A DNA stretch of 64,000 nucleotides. Origin: Candidatus Woesearchaeota archaeon. GTDB taxonomy: Archaea; Nanobdellota; Nanobdellia; Woesearchaeales; 21-14-0-10-32-9. This document shows, in pieces, positions 39,562 to 48,335 of the stretch. The stretch spans positions 23,510-87,509 of the forward strand of contig JAIPHP010000001.1 in NCBI GenBank assembly GCA_021735165.1. Direction: 5' to 3'. Positions within the stretch are counted from its first letter, which is position 1. Each line of letters begins with the position of its first letter. The notes beneath the pieces were generated by a model, which saw nothing but the letters and a program-made list of their open reading frames with translations, did no database searches and had not been told where the DNA came from. The translations under genes were made by a program, and so were the position numbers.

Positions 39562-40725
39562 ATGCCAAAAAAACTAATACTAACAAAAATATTTGAAATG
39601 AATATACATCAAACAATAACTACCGAACCACAAATAATAACAAAAAACAAAGAAAACTACGTACTAATACCTACTGAAAACGGAGAATTACTAAGCATAG
39701 ACAAAAAAGGAAACCTAAATTGGAAATTTGATACAAAAGAAGAAACAAATGAAATAGAAAAACTTTTCGTAGATACAAAAACAGGGCATGGTATAAACAG
39801 CAAACCTTTGTTAACAACAACAAATGACAAAACTAACATAATCTTTGGAAATGAAAACGGAACAGTATATTCTCTAACAGACAACGGAGAGCTAAATTGG
39901 ACATATAAAACAGAGAGTGCAATAAGAAGCTCCCCAACATACAAAGATAAAAAAATAGTAATAGGAAGCACAGACAAATACATCTACATTCTAGATGAAC
40001 AAGGAAAACTCATAGCAAAATACATAACATCAGAAAAAATAGAAGCATCACCAATACTCTTAAAAGATGAAATAATAATATGCACTAGCGAAGGAAACGT
40101 AATAAACCTGTCAAAAAATGGAACCACAAATTGGACATATAAAACAAAAAACAAAATAATAAGCAACCCCATAATATTTAATCAAAACCAAATAATTGTT
40201 TGCTCAACAGACAACAATGTATACTGTTTAGATTTAAAAGGAAACCTAAATTGGAAATTTGAAACTAAAGGATCTATATATGCAGAACCAGAAATAGGAG
40301 ACATAGACGAAGACAAATTAACTGAAATAATAATAGGAAGTACAGATAACAACACATACATATTAAGTGATAAAGGAATAGAAAAATGGAATTTCGCAAC
40401 AAACTTTTGGGTTGTGGCACAACCAAAAATATTTGAAATAGATCAAAAAAAATACTTAGCAATACCCTCATACGACGGAAATATATATATAATAAATGGA
40501 ACTGGAGAATACAATTACGAATACATACCAGGAATATCAGGAATAGTAATGCAGGAATCAAACTTTTCAGAAATACCAACAAAAGACCCTGGAAAAATAC
40601 AAGGAAAAATACTCTATAAAGAAAACACAGGAGATTTAATCACAGGAATAACAATAAAAAACAAATACTTAGCAGCAACCACAAAAAAAGGGAAAGTAAT
40701 ACTCTACGAAATCAAAAAAACATAA
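39562..40725 (+). CDS. PQQ-like beta-propeller repeat protein
   Basis: repeated NGxLNW(T/K)(Y/F)xT blades (GNLNWKFDTK, GELNWTYKTE, GTTNWTYKTK, GNLNWKFETK). Confidence 0.6.
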   Translation: MPKKLILTKIFEMNIHQTITTEPQIITKNKENYVLIPTENGELLSIDKKGNLNWKFDTKEETNEIEKLFVDTKTGHGINSKPLLTTTNDKTNIIFGNENGTVYSLTDNGELNWTYKTESAIRSSPTYKDKKIVIGSTDKYIYILDEQGKLIAKYITSEKIEASPILLKDEIIICTSEGNVINLSKNGTTNWTYKTKNKIISNPIIFNQNQIIVCSTDNNVYCLDLKGNLNWKFETKGSIYAEPEIGDIDEDKLTEIIIGSTDNNTYILSDKGIEKWNFATNFWVVAQPKIFEIDQKKYLAIPSYDGNIYIINGTGEYNYEYIPGISGIVMQESNFSEIPTKDPGKIQGKILYKENTGDLITGITIKNKYLAATTKKGKVILYEIKKT

Positions 40726-40896
40726 ACTCCTGATTGTTTTCAAGACTAAATTCTGCATACGAAAGCCAGAAAAATCCATCTTTTAAAATGGAGATAAATT
40801 GTTTCAACAAACTTTTATTGCATTAAATAGCTTTTAATAAAATCAATAACACACTTTAGTTATTTTACTTATTAAAAGTTAGGGTTTGTTCCAAAT

Positions 40897-41037
40897 ATCT
40901 GTATTACCCTAGAGCTCAATTAAGAGAAACACGAAGTGGAACACGTTAAAGATCTGTGTTTCTTAGTGAAACTTAGACTGCGAAGCAGCTAACAATACTT
41001 TGTAATACGAAAAAGAAAGACCTAAGGACACACCTTA
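40897..41037 (-). repeat. right copy of the inverted repeat pair (inverse of 35940-36078)
   Basis: see left copy. Confidence 0.85.
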
Positions 41038-41096
41038 AAAATCCAAAAAACATATAAAGTGATACGACTAAGCACTAAGAAAGAGGTGGAGAAATA

Positions 41097-41906
41097 ATGT
41101 CCCAAGATATCAGTAAACCTTCTAATCTAAAGAGGATAAAAACATACATAAAAGGACTAGATGAAAATATTCAAGGCGGAATCCCAGAAGGACACATAAC
41201 ATTAATACATGGATCAGCAGGAACGATGAAATCCTCACTATGTTTTAGCGTACAATACAACGAAACACTACTTAACCAAAAAAATTCATTATATATCTCA
41301 CTGGAGCAAAGCTTTGAATCTATAATACTAAATATGGAAAATATGGGGTATGACTTAAGTAAAATAAATACCATAAACATAAATGATCTAAGCAAATTCG
41401 GAGCACTGTTAAAAAAAGCAAATAAAACAGGAGGAAACCTAATACTTGTTGACTTGGCAGCAATAAGAGGTCAGGTAAAAGACGTAAAAACAAGCGAAAA
41501 TAGAAGCTGGATAAACGTAGTAAAAAACATAATATTACGAACCAAGAAAGAAGTAAACATAGAACTGTTAACTTTTGACTCACTCCAAGCACTGTATACA
41601 CTAAGCACTTTTGACAACCCCCGAATGGAACTCTTTAATTTTTTCGAATTCTTAAAAGAACAAAAAATAACATCATACATGATATCAGAAGAAATAACAG
41701 ATGCAAGTAGAAACATGTTTGATAATGAGGCTTTCCTTTCAGACGCAATAATTGTTCTAAGACTAACGCCTTTTAGAAGAAATATAGTGCGAGAAATTAA
41801 AGTAGATAAAATGAGAGCAACAAAATGCAATAATGACGTTTTTAGTTTAGAATTTAAAAATGGAGCATTCTATGCGCTATACGGCGGACAAAACCCATTA
41901 CTATAA
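41097..41906 (+). CDS. KaiC/RadA-like RecA-superfamily ATPase domain protein (FlaH-like) with degenerate Walker A
   Basis: HGSAGTMKSSL in Walker A position (GxxGxMKS instead of GxxxxGKS), overall KaiC-like single domain; SD-like GAGGTGG upstream. Confidence 0.5.
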   Translation: MSQDISKPSNLKRIKTYIKGLDENIQGGIPEGHITLIHGSAGTMKSSLCFSVQYNETLLNQKNSLYISLEQSFESIILNMENMGYDLSKINTININDLSKFGALLKKANKTGGNLILVDLAAIRGQVKDVKTSENRSWINVVKNIILRTKKEVNIELLTFDSLQALYTLSTFDNPRMELFNFFEFLKEQKITSYMISEEITDASRNMFDNEAFLSDAIIVLRLTPFRRNIVREIKVDKMRATKCNNDVFSLEFKNGAFYALYGGQNPLL

Positions 41907-41947
41907 TTTTTTTATCTTTTTATAATCTTTTTTATAAGAATTAAACA

Positions 41948-43291
41948 TTACCAACGCACATTAAAATATTGTTCTTCATAATTTCCAGTGGCTTCTTTAA
42001 AAGATTTAAAAATTATCTCTTTAGCGATGTAATCAACAATAAAATCTCTTTTTTTATTCTGTAAATTTTTCTGAACATCAGAAGTTCTTCTCAAATGATA
42101 ATCTTTAGAGTAATGGCTAAACACACCATCCTCATATATCAATTGACCTACAGGCGTCTTAATCTGCAATTCCATAGGAATATTATTCTTTGTTGTAAAA
42201 TCTAGCCAAATACCTTGTATTAGTTTCTTGGACAATTTCTTTAAAGAAGCTGCATTTTTCTCATTCAAGATTAAATCCGGTCGTTCTATAATTTTAAAAG
42301 CACTACCTAACATTTCTCTATCACAATAAATAATGTCTGCAACACCAATATTTTCATAATTAGAAGAACCTCTTAAAAATCTATTGTCAAGGTGGTAAGT
42401 ATAAGATTCTTTTTGCAAAAAATTCGTAAAATCTTTAGTAAAAGAAACAAGATTAGGTCCATAGACTTCCGCATTTAGACCAATGCCATCATTACTCTGC
42501 TTATTTATTTTTGCTACAACACGCGCATATTTTTTACTGGCTGAAAAATTTTGTTTAGTTCTTGTAGTTAAATTCAACAATCTTTTGTTAGGATAACCTT
42601 TAGGATATTGAATATTTATGAAATTACCTGCCATAAAGATTTTATCATATTCAAAAGTATTAAAAAAATCACCTAAATATTTCTTAGGATCTTTCTTAAT
42701 AATATTTTGCAATTCAAATTCAGACACGAAACGTTTAAGATTAGTGTCAGAAATAGTAGTATACACTGGAAATGCAAGCAAAGATTCAATATTTTTCACG
42801 GCCAAATTTTTTGCTTTAGCTCCTTTTAATTTTTTAGGGAGCCAACCAGAGCCATATTCAACCAATTCATCAAACCACTTTTCAATATTTAAATCGCGTA
42901 TATTTTTGTGCTTGAAATTCATCAAATCAGCTCTATCAGAAATGTTAATTGCTTCGCCAGTTTTTGTTTTGATCATGTAAGAAACATCAATTTCAACTTT
43001 ATCTTTCCAGGCATGTTCCCGTTCCACATCTATAATTTTATCAACAACTTTTTTTAAGTCTTTATTACCATAAAAAACATAGTCTTTAATTAGTTTAGTT
43101 ACATCTTTTTTGTATTCTTCAGTCATTATTTGAGATAATCCTCTTATCACACTATATTGAAACTCTTTAGAACTAACTTCTTTGTCTCCTAAACTTCGTA
43201 ATTTTTCTTCCGAATTGATTAGCAAATTTACAACACTTTCAAGTGCTTGTAATGACTTAAAAAATGAATTCGGTTTACCTTCATTAATCAT
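41948..43291 (-). CDS. hypothetical protein
   Basis: ORF only. Confidence 0.4.
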   Translation of the reverse strand: MINEGKPNSFFKSLQALESVVNLLINSEEKLRSLGDKEVSSKEFQYSVIRGLSQIMTEEYKKDVTKLIKDYVFYGNKDLKKVVDKIIDVEREHAWKDKVEIDVSYMIKTKTGEAINISDRADLMNFKHKNIRDLNIEKWFDELVEYGSGWLPKKLKGAKAKNLAVKNIESLLAFPVYTTISDTNLKRFVSEFELQNIIKKDPKKYLGDFFNTFEYDKIFMAGNFINIQYPKGYPNKRLLNLTTRTKQNFSASKKYARVVAKINKQSNDGIGLNAEVYGPNLVSFTKDFTNFLQKESYTYHLDNRFLRGSSNYENIGVADIIYCDREMLGSAFKIIERPDLILNEKNAASLKKLSKKLIQGIWLDFTTKNNIPMELQIKTPVGQLIYEDGVFSHYSKDYHLRRTSDVQKNLQNKKRDFIVDYIAKEIIFKSFKEATGNYEEQYFNVRW

Positions 43292-43444
43292 TTTATAAAA
43301 AAATAAAACCCAATATATAAATCTTTCGCTACTTTACAGTAACAATAATGTTTGTGTTTGTTTAATAAAACACCACTAAAACTCCTTTTTTAGATAACTT
43401 TTTAAGCTAACAAATTCTTTCAAAAGCATTAGGAGGTTGAAAAT

Positions 43445-43744
43445 ATGGTAAAAGATGATGCAAAAGTTATAGCAATAGTATCTTACATAACCTGGATAGG
43501 ATGGATTGTCGCATTAATATTAAATCTTAACAAAAAAACTTCTTTAGGAAGTTTTCACATCAGACAATCCTTGCTTTTAATGATAGCAGGCACTGTTTTG
43601 ACATGGATACCTATTGTCGGTTGGATTCTTGCAGTTGTCGTATTTGTTTTTTGGATCATGGGTCTAATTTCAGCAATAAAAGGCGAAAAAAAAGAAGTCC
43701 CTGTTCTTGGAACATTTGCACAACAATGGTTTAAAGGCCTATAA
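43445..43744 (+). CDS. small DUF4870-like membrane protein
   Basis: two TM helices, AGGAGG SD upstream. Confidence 0.45.
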   Translation: MVKDDAKVIAIVSYITWIGWIVALILNLNKKTSLGSFHIRQSLLLMIAGTVLTWIPIVGWILAVVVFVFWIMGLISAIKGEKKEVPVLGTFAQQWFKGL

Positions 43745-43788
43745 AAACGGAAGATTTTTTAACTCTTTTTATATTATATTTTTTTGAG

Positions 43789-44118
43789 GTGATTATAGTG
43801 TTTCATTCGACAATTAATGACATACAAGGATATAAAATTAAAGAAGTTCTGGGCGTTGTTCGGGGAAATAGTGTTCGTGCTAAATGGATAGGTGCAGATT
43901 TCGTTGCTGGTTTAAAGAATCTTACAGGTGGCGAACTAACGCAATACATGGATCTTTTAACTGAAGCAAGAGAAAATGCAATCATCAGAATGGACGAAGA
44001 TGCTAAAAAATTGGGCGCCAATGGAATTATAGGGATGCGCTTTATGACATCTCAAATTGCACAAGGCGCAGCAGAGATCCTTGTATATGGAACCGCGGTA
44101 ATTTTAGAAAAAAAATAG
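43789..44118 (+). CDS. YbjQ/UPF0145 family protein
   Basis: KLGANGIIGMRF and overall pattern of the YbjQ_1 domain. Confidence 0.7.
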   Translation: MIIVFHSTINDIQGYKIKEVLGVVRGNSVRAKWIGADFVAGLKNLTGGELTQYMDLLTEARENAIIRMDEDAKKLGANGIIGMRFMTSQIAQGAAEILVYGTAVILEKK

Positions 44119-44445
44119 GTGATTTTGTTGACAAAAGATTTAGATGATAAAGCTTCAAAGATGTATACTAATAGAAATTCTACTAAAGGCACAGAAAAAG
44201 ACGTTGAAACAAGCACCATGTGGGGTTTTGGTTGTGGTTTCATAGGAATATTTTTAGTAGGAATACCCATTTTAAATATCATATTAGGTCTAGCATCAAC
44301 AATATTGGGAATAATTGGTTTAACCAACATTAAAAAAATGAAAGACAAAAAAGGATTCGGATTTGCTATTTTCGCAATTATTGTTGGCATTATCGAGATA
44401 ATCATAGGTTTAGTAATGACTTTAGGCCTTATTTTATTTCTTTGA
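44119..44445 (+). CDS. small membrane protein (DUF4190-like)
   Basis: two TM helices. Confidence 0.4.
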   Translation: MILLTKDLDDKASKMYTNRNSTKGTEKDVETSTMWGFGCGFIGIFLVGIPILNIILGLASTILGIIGLTNIKKMKDKKGFGFAIFAIIVGIIEIIIGLVMTLGLILFL

Positions 44446-44747
44446 AAAAGTATTCTTTTAAATTATTACTTATCTTTTTTTATGCATCTTCAACTCGCGC
44501 ACTTTGAGGCACTGCCAAATTCAATAAAACACTCTGGTTATTTTTTCTATATTTTTTATTTACTTTAAGAACATATATCTCTTCCGCACTTAACTCCAAA
44601 TCTTCCACCGAATAATTTTCTTCAGGTATTTGTAGGAATCTTCTCATTTTACCACCTCTTACAAAAAGATCTATTTTATGTTTTTAATACCCTGTGAATA
44701 AAGAATTCATGTTTTTTTTACATAAATTTTATAAATAGACTGCGGGT

Positions 44748-45464
44748 GTGAATATTATGAGGGGAGTTCAATTATTTTGCGGTCCTAAATGGTTTATAGG
44801 ATTTGATGCAATCATAGATTTGTTTAGTTTTATAGTTCTCGTGTTAATTTCAATTTATGCATTTAAAGCATATAATATTCATAGGAAAAAATCTTTACTT
44901 TATATGGCATGGTCTATGATCTTGATAAGTATTGCTTTTTTATTCAAGATTTTGACATACGGCGCATTTTATCTAAAAGATAATTTATCTTGGAGCTATT
45001 ATGCTTTAGCAAATATCTCTCACGGATATACTTGTAGTAATATGGGCTTCATTTTGTTGTTTATGATATATGCTTTAGTCACATTAATCGGTTTATTCCT
45101 ATTACTATTTGTTTATCAAAAGGAAAAATCTAAGAGCATGATGCTATTAGTACTATATTTGATAACTCTCTCCTTATTTTTGACTACATCAGCTTATTAT
45201 GTGCTTCATTTGACATCTTTAATAATAACCATTCTTATCACTTTACAATTCTACTATAAATACAAGAAAAATAAATTAAGCACAACCAAATTTTTGTGTG
45301 TCAGTTTTGTTATTTATGCGCTTAGTCATCTATTTTTTCTATTAGCATTTTATAATCCATTAATTTATTTTATTGCAGAAATTATTCAATTATTGGCCTT
45401 TGGCGGCTTATTATATACTTTTATTTCGGTGCTTAAATATGGGAAAAAAACGGGGAAGACTTGA
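44748..45464 (+). CDS. polytopic membrane protein
   Basis: about 7 TM helices. Confidence 0.4.
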   Translation: MNIMRGVQLFCGPKWFIGFDAIIDLFSFIVLVLISIYAFKAYNIHRKKSLLYMAWSMILISIAFLFKILTYGAFYLKDNLSWSYYALANISHGYTCSNMGFILLFMIYALVTLIGLFLLLFVYQKEKSKSMMLLVLYLITLSLFLTTSAYYVLHLTSLIITILITLQFYYKYKKNKLSTTKFLCVSFVIYALSHLFFLLAFYNPLIYFIAEIIQLLAFGGLLYTFISVLKYGKKTGKT

Positions 45465-45720
45465 TATTATTGAAGATATGCTTTTAGCTATTCAAAAGAA
45501 AGGCGGAGAGATTAAACCAACTCACTTAATGTATAAATCTAATCTTTCCTACAAACAGATGAATCTTTATTTAGAAGAATTAATAGGCAAAGAATTTGTT
45601 GAAAGAATCCAAAAAAATGAAGATCGCGAAGTAATAGTTATTAAAGATAGAGGACATCATTTCCTTTCTAAATTGCAAGAAATGCGTCAATTCGAAAAAA
45701 CTTTTGGCTTAGATGATTAA
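45439..45720 (+). CDS. small winged-helix DNA-binding protein
   Basis: start moved to internal ATG (MGKKRGRLDIIEDMLLAIQKKGG...) so that it no longer overlaps the upstream membrane protein. Confidence 0.45.
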   Translation: MGKKRGRLDIIEDMLLAIQKKGGEIKPTHLMYKSNLSYKQMNLYLEELIGKEFVERIQKNEDREVIVIKDRGHHFLSKLQEMRQFEKTFGLDD

Positions 45721-45742
45721 ATATTTTAAAACCATAAAATTA

Positions 45743-45758
45743 TTATTGCGTGCTAGCG
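45743..45758 (-). repeat. inverted solo 3'-end fragment of the PATE-like element (TTATTGCGTGCTAGCG)
   Basis: reverse complement CGCTAGCACGCAATAA is one mismatch from the family 3' end. Confidence 0.45.
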
Positions 45759-45896
45759 TAAGAGATTTAATACAAATAAATACTTTGCATTTATTGTACA
45801 CAAAAGCTTTGCTTTCTTTACATTTAGATTGAGGATTGACTCACATTTTCTTTATTTATAGCTAATATTTTTTCATAAATTCAATCTTTTTTATAA

Positions 45897-45955
45897 TGAA
45901 AATCCCTGCTCCGAGTCTGCTAAGAAACTAGACCCCTTCCGCTAGCGCGCAATAA
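45897..45955 (+). mobile_element. PATE/MITE-like element, minimal 59-bp copy (5' and 3' ends fused)
   Basis: TGAAAATCCCTGCTCCGAGTCTGCTAAGAAACTAGACCCCTTCCGCTAGCGCGCAATAA; preceded by ATAA. Confidence 0.7.
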
Positions 45956-45996
45956 AAGAATCATTGTAAGTATCTTCCAATTCTACCCCCGAAGAA

Positions 45997-46941
45997 TCAC
46001 ATTATTCCAGCCATATACCCTATAAAAAACATGTAGAATATTAACAGCAGCCAACCTTCCCATTTAGTTGTTTTTTTGTCTAGCGTTATAAAGAAATACA
46101 TTAACGTGGCTATTAACATAACTGGAAGACCTAGAGAAATCATTATGTTGGGAACAACAATTTTTCCAAACAAACCTGCTAAACCCATTATTGCAAATGA
46201 ATTGAAGATATTCGAACCTAAAACATTTCCTATTGCCATTTCGGTTCTTCCTTTTCTTGCAGCACTTATACTCACTGCTAATTCAGGGAGCGATGTTCCT
46301 AACGCAACTATAGTTACTGCAAGTATTTCCTTACCTATTTTAAAAATTTCAGACATCGCAACAACAGAATCTACTGTGAATTTTGCCCCAAAATATATTC
46401 CTATAGCGCTTAGTAAAAGTATTATAGGCACAGATAATGGCAATTTTTTCTTTTGAAGTTTATGTTGTTTAACGTTTTTGTTTTGTTCTTCTTGTTTTAC
46501 TGTGTAAATCATATAGATTATTGTAAGCACTATGAAAAGTATTGCTTCAATTAATGAAAATTGTCCGTCCATCAAAGCCAATATTAGCAAGAATGCCGAT
46601 CCTAATAAAAAAGGCATATCTATACCAATCAAATCATATTCCACCTTTATTTTTTTCGCAATTATTGCAACTACTGCTAAAACAAGAAAAATATTCGTTA
46701 TATTGCTTCCAATTACATTACCAACCACAATTTCACTATTATTTGTTACTACTGCAATTATGCTACTTACTAACTCTGGTAATGAGGTTCCAATGGCTAC
46801 AATAGTTACACCTATTAGGAATTTTGGCATTCCAAAATGCAAACCTATTTTTTCTGAAGCATCAGTAAAAAAATCTGAACTTTTCATCAACAGGAAAATT
46901 GCGCCTATAAATAGAATTATAGGACCCATTGTTTCTAACAT
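45997..46941 (-). CDS. CaCA-family Na+/Ca2+ exchanger (YrbG-like)
   Basis: two alpha-repeats GNVIGSNITNIFLVLAV and GNVLGSNIFNSFAIMGLAG. Confidence 0.85.
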   Translation of the reverse strand: MLETMGPIILFIGAIFLLMKSSDFFTDASEKIGLHFGMPKFLIGVTIVAIGTSLPELVSSIIAVVTNNSEIVVGNVIGSNITNIFLVLAVVAIIAKKIKVEYDLIGIDMPFLLGSAFLLILALMDGQFSLIEAILFIVLTIIYMIYTVKQEEQNKNVKQHKLQKKKLPLSVPIILLLSAIGIYFGAKFTVDSVVAMSEIFKIGKEILAVTIVALGTSLPELAVSISAARKGRTEMAIGNVLGSNIFNSFAIMGLAGLFGKIVVPNIMISLGLPVMLIATLMYFFITLDKKTTKWEGWLLLIFYMFFIGYMAGIM

Positions 46942-47021
46942 AAATACCTTTTTTGCGCTTTCATTTATATTGTTTTTTGTTATTGGTAACTATTATATAT
47001 TAGTTAATTATTTTTTTTGCA

Positions 47022-48107
47022 GTGAAACCGTCAGATATTTTCGGAGAAGTTGATTTGAAATTATTTGAAATATCTAAAAAGACAAGACCTATTTTCTACT
47101 CAACACCAGTCAACGAAGAAACTCAAAAAGAGATTTTTTTTACCAATAACTTGAAAAATCCTGAATTTGAGTTTCTACCTTTTGATTCTGACGAAAAACC
47201 TGAGAAACTTATCGACACCTTAAAATCTTTAAAAGTTCCTGATGGCATTTTAAAAGAAGTTTATCAGAAAAAAATTAATGAATTGATTTTGTTAAACGAA
47301 TTAAATCTTTGTAGAGGCAATTTAAGGAAGAGAAAAAAATTATCTAAACAGATTTTTGGTGTTCCTAGCAGTAGGTGCTTTGATTTTGCTAAAAATATTT
47401 TAGTTGGAGTTAGTGGTTTATCTTATTTTAATGATATTGATGTTGAGTATTTTATTAAAGAACTTCGCGGTTGTCTTATTAGGAATAATTTAAATGATTG
47501 GAAAATTGAACTGGTTGATAAAAAAAACATGGTTATTCATCAAGAAACTAAACAAATATTTGTAGGAAAGAACACAATTTACGCTCAGTCAGATATCGAT
47601 CGACTATTAGTTCATGATGTTGGTTGGCATGTTATGAGGGCCGCTAATGGTTTTAGACAAAGGTTGAAATTGTTTGTGTCAGGGTTTCCAGAATATCATT
47701 CTACTGAAGAGGGTGGTGCTTTGCTAGTTGAGCAACTAACTGGAAAACTTGAAATTAATACTTTGAGAATTTATGCTGCGCGCGTATTAGCTGTTGATGC
47801 TTTTTATCGCGGCAAGTCTTTCAAATACATTTTTGATATGTTTCTAAAGTATGGTTTTAGTCGTGATCAATCTTGGAACCTGGCAGTCAGAGTTTTTCGT
47901 GGAGGAGGACTGGGCAAAGACCACTTATATATAGAAGGTTTTTTAAAAATGAAAGAATTTATAAAAACAGAAGAAGATATTAAATTGTTCTATGTTGGCA
48001 AAATAGGTTTCACAAATATTGAGTTAGTTAAGAATTTGATTAAAGATAAATTTGTTGCTCCGGCTCTTTTTGTTCCCGATTTTATCAAAGATATTAAATG
48101 GAAATAG
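47022..48107 (+). CDS. DUF1704-family paralog with HDxxH in place of HExxH
   Basis: LLVHDVGWHVMRAANG...STEEGGALLVEQ aligns residue-for-residue with LLYHEVGVHVRRFQEG...ELEEGLATYYEF of 6080-7174. Confidence 0.6.
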   Translation: MKPSDIFGEVDLKLFEISKKTRPIFYSTPVNEETQKEIFFTNNLKNPEFEFLPFDSDEKPEKLIDTLKSLKVPDGILKEVYQKKINELILLNELNLCRGNLRKRKKLSKQIFGVPSSRCFDFAKNILVGVSGLSYFNDIDVEYFIKELRGCLIRNNLNDWKIELVDKKNMVIHQETKQIFVGKNTIYAQSDIDRLLVHDVGWHVMRAANGFRQRLKLFVSGFPEYHSTEEGGALLVEQLTGKLEINTLRIYAARVLAVDAFYRGKSFKYIFDMFLKYGFSRDQSWNLAVRVFRGGGLGKDHLYIEGFLKMKEFIKTEEDIKLFYVGKIGFTNIELVKNLIKDKFVAPALFVPDFIKDIKWK

Positions 48108-48335
48108 TTAATTTCTTGCCTGTTACTTAATTTTACCCCCTTTGATACTTGATATTGTAAGTGGCTTTTAATGCTTTGTTTGTTTAATTTAACTTCTTTA
48201 GTTTGATGTTAGTTTGATGTATTGATTTTTTCAGATACGATTTAAGTCTTTAATTGTTATTAAATCTTCAATTTAGAAAAATCAGAATTTATATTTTTTA
48301 TAAAACCGGATTTGCAATAAACAAAGCATATAAGA

